A DNA stretch of 64,000 nt from Lingula anatina. Lineage: Eukaryota; Animalia; Brachiopoda. The DNA is taken from NCBI GenBank assembly GCA_051362555.1, contig CM120648.1, positions 6,506,587-6,570,586 on the forward strand. The letters run 5' to 3'. This document shows positions 12,921 through 28,044 of the stretch, in pieces. Each line of letters begins with the position of its first letter. Position 1 is the stretch's first letter. Position numbers and translations under genes: made by a program. The notes under the pieces were generated by a model. It was not told the origin of the DNA, searched no databases, and was given only the letters and a program-made list of their open reading frames with translations.

Positions 12921-14604
12921 GTTTAAGTATCTGTAAAACCATTTCTACAGAACTTTAAAGGTTTCCTTCATAAATGTGAGCAGCCCTGAATAAGGGCTTC
13001 TCTTACATAAGTTTAATATCTTCCGTATGATGAGGGGTGTCTTGTAATCTAGATCAAGAAACCCTATGTTGAATGTGTTAAGATATGTTAATGTTAAGAT
13101 ATGCTTTTAAGAACATAGAATCATCCAATATCAAAGTTGCTTCCAACTGCTGACATTTATGAAAAAGATGCATTGAGTTAATATGTCATGTTCATACTGT
13201 AAAGACGCTGCTCTTTATTTAATTTTCATAAAGAATTTATTTTCTAGCTCATGAGGCATTGTCAGTGCATCGTTATTCTGCTGCTTGCTTTCATATTTAT
13301 TTAAAATATTTTCATGTTGTCATTAATTCTTATTTATTGTTTGAAAGATTATTTGGTGACGTAAGTGATTATTCGTGTATTCAAATGGCAAAAGTAGGGC
13401 CACGACGAGGTTCTAAAGATTAAGTAGTGAGTTTTGAAAAGAACAGCCAGCTCTCGTGAAACTGAGGCTCGGGCTAGAAAATGGCACAGCGTTTCAAAAC
13501 AGTGAGGTTTACTATTTTACTATTTACATTCTATTATTAGAAGGGTTAGGTTAACGAAGAGATGTAGAAAGCTAAGTTATGCAGCATCTTAGTACGGTTT
13601 ACACTAATGATAAGTAAAATAGTTACGTCTTAGAATGTAAAAATGATTATACTTGCTGCTGCCGTTCTTAGTCAAAGGCTTTTGAGGAATCTCAGAACAA
13701 AACGTTATGATAGTATAATGACGAAAACACCCCTATTACTGTCTAACGTGATATATCATAATTTGGTAATGGGGCTTCATAATTATAATACAGTTTTTAT
13801 ACTAGGTGAAATGTACTTGAGGTTGGTATTTGTTATTGTCAGATGCCGCTTACAGAAGAGATATGTACATACATCGGTCACGTACAATATGTGTATTTAT
13901 ACGTAACAAAGCCATGAAAATTTTAACGTACATATGAATTATTTGTTTGCATTGGCGCAGAGTGCTTGTAATGTTGAAAAACTAGTTTTACGGAAATGCG
14001 TGTAAGTGTGCGCGCGATAATCAGATGTGTAACGCTGTACAATGTGCGTGTTTGTTCGCGTACGCCGTAAAATACATGCATAAACTGATTAATGCGTGCG
14101 TTCAAACGCGTGCGTTCAAACGCAAACGTACTGTTGGATTACTGTGCGCCTATACCCTGGTGAAATACTCCATTTTAATTCTTGCACCATGCGGTGGACA
14201 TGGTTAAATGACCCATACTGTAAAGATCTTTAAACAAATGCAAGAGTTTAAAATATAATTAAATGTATTAGTTAGATTTGATGTAAAATATCATTGTGAG
14301 CGTCATTTACTCATCCCGAGTTTCAAAGATTACTGGGAAATCTTTTGTTAATGTCGTGTTTTGTTGTTTACATTAACGGTAATCGTACAAACTCGGGGTG
14401 TCTTTACATGTCTTTACCTCTAGTGTGACACTAAGAAAGATGAGAAATCGAGTGTAGTCCAGGCGAGCTTTTGTCTTATGTATTTATCTTGCTGAGATCC
14501 AGCATATGTGTGCTGTATCTTGTACATTGAATAAAACAAGACTAACCAGAAACAGACCTGTTTGTTTTTCATGACGCGGTCTTTGTTTTTCTCCATTAGA
14601 GACC

Positions 14605-14820
14605 ATCCTCCCTGATATTTAGATCGATCTATCCCTCTGGGGAGTATCACTAGATTGCTGTCAGCTTAACCGGCTTAAATGTCTGTCCCGCCTACTAAAA
14701 GCTGTAAGGGGGTAATTAACTTTTGTGCGCGCTCGGCTCCCAGAAGCTGACAGCAATTTAGCGTGAACCCCCAGGGAGTTAGGTCGATCCAGATGGATCG
14801 ATCTAAATCTGTGGGAACCC
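14605..14820. mobile_element. MITE of the same family as 50998..51221 (probably PIF/Harbinger-type)
   Basis: High identity to 51005..51215 (tagatcgatctatccct...tgtcccgcctactaaaagct...gcaatttagc...gatcgatctaaatct); inverted ends. Confidence 0.75.
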
Positions 14821-17050
14821 AGTCTTAGAGACGCTATGTATCGATATATGTGTGTCTTTGAAGACGCGCCATCCAGTTTCCTTTAACTCTGCTGTTATAA
14901 CCAATAGGTTAATTTATCTAGCCACGTAATCTTTACCTGAAACGGTGCTTATCTTAATTGCTTTGTGTCTGCCCGCGGCAGTTGCATAATTTCTCCATCG
15001 CAAATCAAAGTCCCTTTTCGTGTTGTATAAAGCCACGACTTACCACGAAAATGTTACATTTTTATTGTGTTCCCTTTCCCTTAATGATGAACGATTTGTT
15101 ATCATTTCCCACAAGTAAGGCATTAAGTTTCGCACAGATCACACAAAACTGCCGATTTTTTCACCAACGCTGGGTATTCATTTGCAGTGCTATGTAAGCA
15201 AAAATCAATAGGGAAATCTACAAAAAAATATGCCTCCCCAAAACAAAGGAAAAGCGAAGAAAATCCGTTTAAATCGGACAAGACTTCAGCATTGATGAGA
15301 ATATGATAAATCTCTGGAACAGATTTGTATGCTGATCAATTAGCGTGGGATTCCGTCTTGACACAGGTGAAAAGTGCACGCGTACAGAACGCAGTGGCTC
15401 TTCTGTGGTGGTTTAAAAAGTCCATTTGCACCAGAACCAGAACGCAATATTGTTGTAATAACACATTTAACCACTTTGCACTCCCGACAAGCGTTAGGAT
15501 TTTCCGATTAAATAAGTATAAATCGGTCAATTTTTATTTATTTATTTATTTATTTGGTTTTTATGGACAGGCACCGTGTCTTGACATAAAAACATCAGAT
15601 GCACCCGTAGTTGCCGTCGTCGTGCACGCTCTTCTTTAACACCATGAAAGGAAACCCCTGTTCTTATTATTCTCAAACGTATGGAAATAATTCTTTGGAC
15701 TAAAAATCCAGTTCGCATTCGAAACCCAATTTGCTGGATTTTTTTAAAAGTTAAGAATTCCTGTTTTTAATTTTTTTTTTTTACACACTGGTTTTTCACC
15801 AGGTAAGTTATGAAGCAAATCTGTCAAGAAATAACTTGATTTGGGTGATTTATGGCTGAAAATGAACTTCTGACTTTGTCCCTTTCCCACGAACCAGATC
15901 TATCTTATAATATCGACTTAATACACGAACTGATGGCTCTAGTCGCTTACTAAGAATTAACCTATAAACATCGAACAGCCCATTAACTTAGAGATTGGGG
16001 ACGTTCTCATTATGAACAACAATGGCGCACGTCTTAGGATGTCATCCCTTAATCTGAATGGTTATTCAGTGGATTTCTTAACACAGAACCATCTTAAGGA
16101 ACAAAGATTTGTTACAAATATAGAAGTTAACACCAACAAAGATTTCAGTGAGCGATTTGTCTGCAAGCAATCTTTATTTTCAGTTATTCTGCTTCATATA
16201 ACAAACTCTTAAAGGTGAGTAATCCCAAATTTAAAAAGGGAACCACTGAAATAGTTTACATCATACCAGTAAATAGATTCATCAGCTGCGTGACACAGTG
16301 GCTTAAAAAACAATGCGTTTGGAGTTATTAGTACCGAAATATTGGAGTGCAAAAAATTCCATTTTTTCTTTTCTGTTGCGTTTGCATATCTGCTACCTCA
16401 AGTCTTAAATACGGTCTGAAAACAGCACCAAAACACTGGACAAGTTTTCTAAATAAAAACAAGGGTTTATTGCTGAAATGTAATACAATGGGAAAAGCTC
16501 GATGGAGAATCAATTCAAATACATATCAAATGGCTGAAGATAGAAAGATGACAACTGAGAAAATTAATATGGTGAACAATGACGACATTGTGTGTGTGAA
16601 GGCGTGAGAGAAGATTCACCCCCCGCTTAGAAATCTCGCTTTGGATACACAAAACATTATGGCGAGCACCTGTTGCGTTTACATGTTATTTGTACTTTTG
16701 CTACCGAAGTTTATATCTCTTACTGTAAAATCCTCACGTATTTCGTTTCAATGAGCAAAATATCTATGAAACTTCGTAATCTCTGCAGGTCACACCTTGT
16801 CTGGTTATTCGATCATTTTGAGAAGAACGGCACAGTCTCGGGAATAACATCCATTATTAAAGACATCGCTTGTCAATTTCAAAATCTGGTCACGTTAACG
16901 TGTCCGCGTATGAAACCTGCCGTCTGCTGTTTTTGCCTGTTGGTTACATAATTCCTAGAATTCCTAGAGATTCCTAGAACAAAGTGAAACATGTCTTGAC
17001 GTAGGTTGTCGGAACCAATAGTTGCAACCTTCAACATGTAGTATAAAATC

Positions 17051-17344
17051 GCATTCACAACGAGTTGAGCCAGGCTTTACAAATCCTGGGGACTAAATAT
17101 GGCGGGCGTACATGAAAGAAAAACCGCCTAATCTTTTAATAGTCTTTCCGCCTCTCACACGCCTCCCCATGTGTCGTCCCAATGGAGCCGAGATTTAATG
17201 ACTGTCCCCCCGCAGGGACGACGTGTGGGGAGGCGTGTGAGAGGCGGAGAGACTATTAAAAGATTAGGCGGTTTTTCTTTCATGTACGACCGCCATATTT
17301 AGTCCCCAGGATTTGTAAAGCCTGGCTCAACTCGTTGTGAATGC
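17051..17344. mobile_element. Foldback MITE with ~130-bp inverted arms; related to 43462..43693, 53289..53558 and 59362..59636
   Basis: 17051..17180 is the reverse complement of 17215..17344 with few mismatches. The spacer aatggagccgagatttaat appears reversed inside 53289..53558. Confidence 0.88.
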
Positions 17345-19454
17345 TATCTAAGACTCGGTCTTTGTATTGGAAATCCAAGAACCAGTTCTCAGTCCTCAGG
17401 CGGGTGCAAGTCTATATTGCTTAGTGTGGCATTAACGAGAGACGATGCTAAATGATGCGCAGAGTACGCATTAAGCTTTAATTTGGCAACCATGTAATCC
17501 GTTCACGTTAAAATATTCGCAGCATCCAAGTGCGATTGTCACAACTGACGAGTAGAAAAATGACGTCATCTATCAAGAGACAACAGTATTGTTTAAAAAT
17601 TCTGTTGACGCTGTGCACCGTGATTTCGTCGTCTAGATTCATTCCCCTAAAAGTAACCTTTTATGTTCAATAAAAGAGGTCGTATTCTAAATTTGACCTT
17701 CAGAGTTGTGACGTCATTAGCACCTCATGATGTATTTGAGCACACAAGATGTATCAATAAATGCCTTGTATTCATCGCACAGACAATCAGTGAACAAATT
17801 ACGTTACGTATAAAATATGACGTCATTACAGCATTAATATGTAGGCAGTCATGAAGATGTACATCTTGGCGGCAGAAAGCTCACACACTACTCTTATGTC
17901 AAGTCAGTTGGAATTCTGAGTGAATTTTTTAGGTATGGTGACGTCATTAATTAGCACCTTTTAGTAAGCCTGAGCATGTCGCGGGATAAGATATGTAGTA
18001 TAAGATATAGGATGTCATATATGTATACTTACTGTATATACATACCAATCACCATATCAACAGACAATGATGATAAACATAAGAATGATAATAATATCAC
18101 ACATCATAAGGAATTCTCAGAAAAAAAATGGAAAGGGGTTTCAAGAATATACATCTGTCGGTATTAGCAATTAAACATCTTTGAAAACTCCTCCTAGTAT
18201 CTACCACATTTCCAAATATAAATGACCAAAAATCTCCTGAATGACTTATCTGGGACAGTCTATAAGTACAACGAATGAAAGAGGAAACGAAATGTATGTA
18301 TAAACACCTTCGTGATAAAATACAACACTAATACCAAGAGGGTCACAAAGAAAAAGGGACATAGGGGTCGCGTTTACATTGAAGATAGGCCGACCTTTTT
18401 TGGTACGACCCTTTTACATAGGTCGCCTAATTAACGGAAGCTCTTCACAGGTAGTGAATGGCATCCCTAGATGTTCCCCAAAGCTTGAAACCAAGAGGTG
18501 GGCATTTCGCGAACGCAAATGGGGACTACAGTTGCTGCCTAGGGCGATCACACCCATAGCTTACTCAGAGATGAGTCGATCTATCGTCAGTGGAAACAAG
18601 ACTTCTGTTGAAAACAAATACCTTCTAAGATATCACACTTTCATCGCTTGAACATGCAGGAAAGTGAAGTTATGCACCTATGATATAAAAAATATGCTCC
18701 CATTCTTATTCCAAGCAGTTTCGTGTATGAACGAAATGACCAAAACTATTTAGCTTTGCCAAAAGGCTAAATCGAGAAAAAAATTCACTTAATAATAATT
18801 GTGTCTTGGCGATCATTTTTGATAATTCAACCATTTCCTTAATCCTTCCTTGGTGTTTTGCATTGTAACCAAACTCGGAGCAAAGAAAGATTAACACGAG
18901 GATTATTTCTTCGGATTTTTTGTCATCTCAATCATCAATTTGCAGGACGACAATCAAACTGAAGCTGCAGGGCACTTGACACCCGAGGTGAGCGTCTGAA
19001 GAAATTGCAACGCCTTCCTTCAAGGGATATGTATTTTTTCGATATGTCATTTCCGATCGACAACGATAAATGTACTTCTCTTTTGAGATTCTTAAAACTA
19101 ATTACGCTGACGCCACATAAGTTTCAGGGGGTAGCACACATTAATGAGTTTGCCGTAAGATCAATTGGCAGCATTCGTGAGGGTTCGATGATGACTATGT
19201 TGAGGCAAGGGCTGCGGCGTCCTCTGAAGCAGTGTATGAAAGTCGGTGTGTCTTGAATTATATACACAATTTATCCGACGACAAAAATACCAAATCACAC
19301 AATCTTTTTGAGTTCATACCGAGGCAAAAAAATTGGCTGAAGCCGTTCAGCTTGATATTCTAAAAGTCAGATTCCTGCCCTCCTTTCACGTTTTCAGTTC
19401 GATGTGTGACGCACCGTAAAATGAGATAATACGACATCCAAACCATAGATAGCC

Positions 19455-22400
19455 TTAAGCCTCAGTCTCTTTTCCATCATTGGAGTAATCATGGTGGACC
19501 TTTTCTCGATAATCTATCTCGTCGGCGTCCCGCTCGACGAAGAGCAAGATGGCGGCGGTGAGGATGACTAGCACAGATGCCCAGGCCAGTCCGTAAGCCC
19601 AGGCGAACTCCCACTCCTTGCCGCCATCTTCCAGCTTGAACACCATGTTCTGCCAAAACATGATGGGGTAGACGATGAGTCCAATTACCAGGAAAATTGC
19701 TGAAACGAAAGTAAAGTGTCTGAGTTGAAGCTGAATAAAGTCGGTGCAATTAAAACCATACCGAACACAGAGTGAAAAATCACGTACATTTGATAAAAAA
19801 TCAAGAGCAACATTTTGGCAATCAAACAAACGCATCTGAGGGTATACTCACACAAAAAGTTCGAATGTAACACACAAAAAGGAAATGGCATCGTTAATAT
19901 TCATTCAAGACGCTTGTTACATTTAGATGAGATTCCGATGCGTCTTTGACCGTTTTGCATTCACAACACCGAAAGTAGGCCGAAACGTGTATGGAATATG
20001 TCTTACAATTCTAGGTTCCATCAAATAATGACCAAACTATCTAGTCTTTTCGGTGGATAAATTTCATGTTAATGTTGACTGCATTTTCATGTGAAGGGGG
20101 GGGGGGGGAGAGGGAGTCAAAGGAAAGAAAAATATTCACTCTCTCTGTCAGAATGCCTCAACGCAACGAGTTTTTGGGAAACAAAAGAGGAACTGGTAGC
20201 CTACTCCTATATTAATCTCCTCACCCTTTGTCTGAAGTGCCAGTCACCTCTATGGCAAAGAACACAGGGTTACCTACCCGCCAAGCCAAACCCGACCATG
20301 GCCACCATGTAGAAAGTGTACTTTCTGTCCGGCTCCTTGTTACAGAGTGCCAGCCCAGTAACCACCGTGGAGGCTGCTGTGATGAGCAGGGAGATGATAC
20401 ACATGGCCGCCACCGCCTGGGTCCATACTGAAAAGTAAAGACATTCAAAATATCAACAGGACCGTAGGCAGGGGGGTTCGGGGGGGGGGGGGTTTGAGAA
20501 GATACCCCTTCCCCCTTTTTGCTTGGAAAAGGTCCCATTTGGGTAAAATTTCATCTAGTTACACGAAGGTTTCGTGCTAAAAGGGCTTCTTTTTCAGAAA
20601 AAGAACCCACTTTCCTTTTGAAATTGCTGGCTACGGGCCTGGTCAGTTTGGTTGAAAAAATAAAGGTGGCTTAATTACTGTACGAGATTAAGTTTCCTCT
20701 ATTGCAAGGTCCGATTACCTTTTGGTTGTACTAGCAAGCACCGTCCTAGATTTTGACTCGCTTCTACACACAAGTAGGAATTCATTGCCTGATCTATCCC
20801 CCCCCCCCCCCCCCCCCCCAATAAAAAAAGGAACCGTATGGTTAAAGAAAGCCATGGTATCCACATCTTACCTTGTCCGGAGAGGGCAAAGCAGGTCTCC
20901 ACCTGGTCGTCGTGTATCAGACTGTGGTTTGGGGGCATCTTGCAGGCGACAAACAGCCCCTCCCTGTAGATAGACGTCTGCAGCCAGTGGGTCGGGATGA
21001 TTGCAATCAAGAGGAGGAGGGACGCCAGGCAGCCGAAAATCAGAGCCAAAACCTGGAAAAAATTTTAAGTGAAATAAAGTTACGGTTCACCTGTAGGAGG
21101 GGGTTTTTCACTAGACTGACTCGATTTTAGTGTTTTCTGTATTTGTCATTTACCTTTAGGAGAGGTCAACTGACTCGATTTTATTGGTTTCGACTATCCT
21201 TTTATCCACGTGAGATAAAGTATAGAGGGTTAATAATAACATACATTAATGCAAGTGAACCAGAAACGAAATGACAAAAATATGTGCTTTGCAATTCCTA
21301 GGAAAAATAACATAAAATGGGTGGATTTACATATAATATCGAAAATCAGCGATGGAAGTGAGAGGTAACCAAGATTTAGCCCTTAAACAATGAACAAAGA
21401 ACCTGTGGGAGCAAGAAGAAAAGAAAAAAAAACGTCAGAATTAAGAATATTTTCATGTAGGTGTCTTAGTGGTGATTATTCAATTACGGTGATTTACCAG
21501 GAACTGCAAACACCAAGATTTCAAGAAAATTAGCGCCTGCTTTCAGGGCAAATTAAATTACCTTGGTAATATGAACTTATCCACAAAAAGTAACGCCGAG
21601 AAAAGTCACTGAGGGACACGTATATGGACGTTACTTGATTACAGCTCTTGGTGTGCTACACGTGTGAAAACATGGCAGAAATTCTTAAAGAGGCAGGTTA
21701 TGGATTCAGGGACAAATATACATTGTATCAATAACTTTTAATCTTCAGCTCTTTTTCAAGGACTTAAGTGCTATATACCATCCCAATTACATCAATACCA
21801 ATTTAGTTAGTAAAATGTTCGAGCATGTGTTCTTGAGACCATTTTGTCTTTCGCCAAATTTAAGGGTATAGCGATTTATTATTTCCTCAAGTCAAGTTCC
21901 TCTTCCTCGTAGCTACTTCGTAATCTTTATTCTGAAAAGTTACCCCCTCCCCCATTTAAGTTTTTTTCCTACGCAAACCTGTTATTCCAATAAGTAAAAG
22001 TGCTACTCAGTGTTTTCTGAAGAAGCGAGGATATCAATACACACGACACGACAGGATACATGTAACTCTCTTCTAGCAACATTGGCAAACAATAAACCAC
22101 AATTCAAAGTATTCCTTTCTATCCGCATTTCCTTTATTTCTCTTTTGTAAAGCAACGCCACACGCAAGCTTTATAGCACTCAGCCGGCTTGTTATCAGCA
22201 AATCCAAAGAGTTTTTTGTGGACCCTCGGATGACCCAATTTGAGAACTGGATATGTATAGATATGTTTGTAACCACAGCTATCCTCAACCCTACATCTGC
22301 TAACTTTATTTGTAAATTTAAAAAAAAAACGGACAGAATTTTGTCCTTTTTTTATTTTTTTTTTAGAATTTAATGTCGCAATTCCTGTTCTCTTGCGTGA

Positions 22401-22955
22401 CTACTTTTCTTTTACCAATATTGAATTGTAAGGGCAAATTCACGTTCAGAAGCTTTTATCTAATAGCTGTGTGTTATTTACTAGGGAGCGGTTTGATCTG
22501 AAGCAATAAAAACTATTGAGATGGCTTCCGCCCAAACCATACACAGAACAACCTTTCTAAATAATTTGATTGCGGCTCTTTATTTTCTCACAAGCGGGAG
22601 GGCTGAGATTGTTTTTCTCGCCGTTGAGTACCTTGCTTGAGTATTATTCAATAGCAGAGGTATTAAATAAAGAGGAAATGTCAAGAATCACGTATACATA
22701 ATTGAGAACATACGTGACTTGATTTTCTGCTGCATTTACAAACAAAGGCACTGGTACACGTAGGAAACAAGTACGAGCACACGAAAACACGCAAACGATA
22801 CCACACACGCGTAAGTCAATACACACATGCAGTCAACAAAAAAAAAAAAAAAAAAAAAAAGAAAAGAAAGATATTTCCATACTCCATTCAAGACACGTGT
22901 TTTATAAAACAGGTAACGTCTATTTCTTTATAAAAACGGCCAACGCCTTAGAGAG

Positions 22956-23007
<52 letters not shown>

Positions 23008-23982
23008 ACTATGAATAATGGTACGTAATATCACGTGGTTTTGCAGACTCCCATGGGTATTTTCATGCGCAGTAAACTTTTCAAGCTGTACTCTTTGGCC
23101 TTAAACCCCATTCCGAATTAAACTTCTCTACACACACGTGTGTTGAAAGAAAATAAAAATGCGCACCATGTGGATTAGCTATGTGGTCGGCGAGAAGTCA
23201 GTCAACTGATACATAACATTTGATTTCACGTGAATTACAGGTTTGCATTAAGCCCTCGTTACGGACAGGTGTTATCGCACCAATCTAGAGCTTACATTTG
23301 CTCCAGCACATTGAACTGAATATGAAGTGACCAGAGCGAATTTAGATATCACTTTAACACTGTTTACTTATGCACAATGTGTGCTCCACCTAGTTTTATA
23401 ATTTTTTTCAATCTAAAATGTTTTCCAGATTTTTAAGCCTACATATTTTATTATACGAAGTAATGCTTTATGATAATCGCTTTAAATTGATACTATGAAT
23501 TCGTCCAAAACGTGTTTCTGAGCGCGTTTGTGTTAGTGACAGAGAGAGAAAGAGAAACAGAGAGAGTGTATGTGAGAGAGAGAGTTAATGTACACGTAGC
23601 TTTCATATTTTGCTTAGTGAGCTATTTTTTGGATTCTCTGTTTTTTCAGTGATTGATAGTTTTCAGAGGTCGACGCATCCGCGTGTTATCTTTCACCTGT
23701 ATATTTAGCTGGAAGAGCAACCGACCCTGAACGAATAACTGAACGATAAGCTGTCGCTTTCCTATCCGACGTACATGTAGGAAAAAAGCGCTTTTTGCAC
23801 TTATAGGAAAAGGCCTATGCATTGCTGAACAAAATATAATTCTCTTCAATGATTATCAACCTTTTATTTTCCATACAAACAATGTAGCAAACGGCACTCA
23901 TTCACTAACAACGGATTAAATCCATACCTACCCTTAGTATCATGCAAGTGTGTGTGTGTGTGTGTGTGCGTGTGTGTGTGTG

Positions 23983-24020
<38 letters not shown>

Positions 24021-25012
24021 CGTGCTCGTGTGTAGTGGACAGCTTTTATTATTTTAATCATTAAATTTATTGGCTCCATGTATAATTTCTGGTAAAGAAA
24101 AATGATATTAGTTTGTGCACAGCCAACAGCAACAAGTTAAGGATGGGAACCGTGAAAAAAGGGCAAAGTAGCAACAACTGAAAATTTTCTCCTCTCCTCC
24201 GTTTTTCTTTCTCTCACTTTTCATTTTTTTTTTTTTTTTTGCCAATTTAGGACAAGCTTTTCCAATCCTGCACTCGACCTCTGCCCGCTAAAAAGATCAA
24301 ACCCTGCACTCGCCAGTAATATCGCTACTTATGTTGAACCTTCAATCGTTGTTCACAGGTCCTAACCCTTCCTAATATCAGCACGTTTCATATGTGACCT
24401 TACCCTCGCTACAACATGTGTTACCAGAGGTAGCAGGTGTTCAGGGCTCATATGAACATCAAAATAATTCACGCCAGCACAAAGGTGTTGGATTGAACGT
24501 GGCAATGCACGCCGAGTTTCGCTGCCAAGGAGGCGGTGCAGTGTAGCGGTGGCTTTGAAACACCTTGTAATTTAACAGTGCTCATTTCGTACAATGTACC
24601 GGTTACTTACCAACTATAGACTTGAATTTACCTAGAGATAAAAACCGTAATTGTTAAGACATGGTGTGCACTGTTCAGTGTTTGAAATGTATTGGAAGTT
24701 AAAAGTTAATACGAAACGTAAAAATATTTCATAGGAAATCATATTGGAACTGTAGTTTTCGGTAGACAGGTATTTTATAGAACTATAACGTACGGGTCGC
24801 TGCCAAGTTGGGAAGGCAATTACCCAGTTGGTAGTCTTGCTGATCATTAGCAGATCTCAAACATGTCAAAATATCTCGTAAATTGTTGCGGTGAGATGAT
24901 GTTCCACGTGCGAAAAGAGAATCATTTCTCTTTTTTTATGTAAGTCCGTTCTCAGGGTTAGAACGACAGCCAGATCAACAACCAGTTCATAGAACCGATG
25001 CAAGCACAACCT

Positions 25013-25055
<43 letters not shown>

Positions 25056-28008
25056 GTTAAGGCTTTCAAGGTTTTATACAAAGAGAGATGGGGGAAGGGC
25101 AACAAAATTCACGTTAAATCATCTGGTCCAAAATAGTTTCAAAATTCTTTACCACACAGCGAGGAACTCAAACATTCGTGAGGAAGGTATCATCTTTGAA
25201 GACCGTAAACGTGATTTCGTTGGTCTAAAGAATGAAGGTGGAGCATGCTACTCTGACAGTCTTATTCTTTACTAAGTTATCCAAGCTGTCATAACAGTTG
25301 TTGCCAGGATTACTAGGGAGGGTGATCAGCGTCCTTATCGGGCGCTTTGCCAGTCACATGGATGCAGTGCACTTGTTATAAATACATGCACTTGCCAAGG
25401 TGTTCGCAAAGTCATTGCCTATATATCGACAGAATGGTGGTAATATTTTTATGATAATAAATAACCGTTGATATTATTTCTACCATACTGTTTACAAACT
25501 TCTACAAACTATTAACAATTATACATGTATTTTGCAATAGGGACATGTTCTTATCTTTTTCATCATAAGTGGTCCAGCTAAAGTATGATGCCAAAATAGC
25601 CGAGATGAAATCCGTGCGGTACCTATGACCAAACCTAAGCCCAAAGAACTCCATTTAGTCCAGTTGTTCAGAGAGTTGGAGAGATCCTACAGAGCAGACT
25701 GCCAAGGTATCCTATTGGCCAATACATACAACTGACCGCTTCCTGTCAAGGTACCCTACTGGTCAATACATACCAGTGGCGGATTTAGAGGGAAGGGGGG
25801 GGGGGTCAGGGGGGTTCTGACCCCCTCCTTCAGTTTCTGAAAGATATATCACACCAATGGTCCCGTTTTGAAATTAGAATTTTGACTAACTGAATCAGTA
25901 CCAAAACAGTACCAAACAGTACCAAACAGTACCAAAGATCATCGTTTGCCCCCCAAAACACCAAAAAAATTTTCGGGGCTCTTCTATCTATCTATCTATC
26001 TGTCCCATAGTCTGCGACCGTAGGGGCACAACAGACGAACTGGCAACCAGTGCTCTCCATCCCTCTCGATCCTCCGTCCTGGGGCTGTTCAGCAGGCCCC
26101 AAACCCCACGCCAAGGGAGCGATGGTCGGCTTGGCATCCGAGGTTTGGCGTTCTGGACCCCCTTCAAATAATCCTGGATCCGCCCCTGTATACAACTGAC
26201 CGCTTCCTGCCAAGGTTCCCCACTGGTCAATATATACAACTGACCGCTTCCTGCCAACGTACCATACAAACAAGAAAACAAGACCAAGTCAACCTGGGTC
26301 GTCTTTCAGCACAAGTATTATACCTCAATCACATAAAGAATTCGGTATTGCATAAAAGCATACACGGGTGGCGGAAACACGCTGATCTGGCAGTTATAAG
26401 CATTACCTATTTGATATATTCTGTATCAGAACATCTATCTTTCCCCTTCAAAATTAAAAAAGATCACAAAGAGCGCAGGCCTCCGCCAAGGTAGCTCAAT
26501 TCTCGTGATATCTAAACAACTAATTACTTAATTAATTAATGGATAACTAACAAAACGTTTTCGTTTTTTACTTTGGCCACCCAAAGTTTCTGAAAATTTA
26601 ATCAAAATACGTCCATAACTTTTTTGTATAATGCTGCTAACAGACAGACATACAGATAAAACCAATAGTTATCTCCTTTGCGGAGGTTAATATCCCTATA
26701 GGCCATTCACTGAATTATTCCAAAATCACGTCTAAAATTCAAGCACAGAGATCCTTTCAGTTATACAATATAACAATTACGTTTCCAAGAAAACAGGCAA
26801 ACACACTTCTCTTAAATTCCTGGAATAACACGGTATCTCCTTGCTCGATCTCAAAACATATCGTTGCCAATCTATCGCCACCTGTGCCAGGCAGCCTTTC
26901 CCAATTTTACTGTTATTATGCTGACCAGAAATAATCCACGGCGAGCGCAGATCGTATACCTGTAACAGCTGTACAAATGAGATATGTATTCATTGCGCAT
27001 CTCGAGGCTCGTCTTACCCTAGCTACACCAGAGTAGACCGTTAATTTCGATTTACATGTGATCTCTGTGTTATTTTTCCTTTGATGCGTGGATGTTTTTA
27101 CTGCAGATTGCAAATACGTGTTAACGATTCCAGGTTGTTGCTGGTGAAAGACGAATATCTGAGATCGATGAGGTGGAGGTGAGGGTGGTTGGGAGGGGGG
27201 GGGGGGTCAGCAACACTTTATCATATCAATTTTTGTTCTGATTCACTGTGCAAGGCATATAGTAAACTTCCCGATGAAATATCAAACACGAGCGCGCGCA
27301 AACGCACACATAGACACACACGTACGCACACACACACGTGTGCAATTATTTCCCTCCGCTTTTACGTCTTAGCATACGCCCACAATAGTCAATGTAAATG
27401 AAAGTCAATGAGTCTAAATGTAACACTCCCCCCCCCGTATACTCCAACCCTGAAAAATATATTAATACAGAATTACTATTCTCGAAGGATGCTTGTTGCT
27501 CGTCACTGAAACATAAAAACCGGAAAAAATATCTAAGTTTTGTCAATTTTCCAAATGCACGTAACGAACCATGAGAAAACCTTTTGACGTAAACATTTTG
27601 AGGGTTTGATTCATCTTTCCAGCGACTACTCCCGCTGGTTAACTTGAGGAGTACCCTTCTTATTTCTGCATTATACAATGTACGTGTTTCTCTTCGCTGT
27701 AGACCACCATTCATCAAAGTCAAAATTCACTGTTGTAAGAGATGGAACGAGAGAAGTTATTGGATTATACGGGTTATATCTATAATCGTAACGCGAAATT
27801 GCCTCCAAATGGCATCACTTTTACGGTAATATACGTTTTATTGCTGATTGATTAAGATCATCAGATTCAGCATTTCTGTGCGGCCACCGGCATTAGGCGC
27901 TGCTTTTTACATGCAGTTGCCTAGAATTGCACTTAACTTATCATATGCCGTTTCAATACAGCGAGATAGTCCATCTCTCTCTCTTTCTGTGTGTGCGTGC
28001 GTGTGTGC

Positions 28009-28044
<36 letters not shown>

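Larger units (their letters stand above)
25699..26262. repeat. ~44-bp minisatellite (ctgccaaggtaccctactggtcaatacatacaactgaccgcttc), about 3.3 units, interrupted by a MITE
   Basis: Units start at ~25699, 25743 (interrupted at 25773, resuming 26189), 26208 and 26251. Confidence 0.8.
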
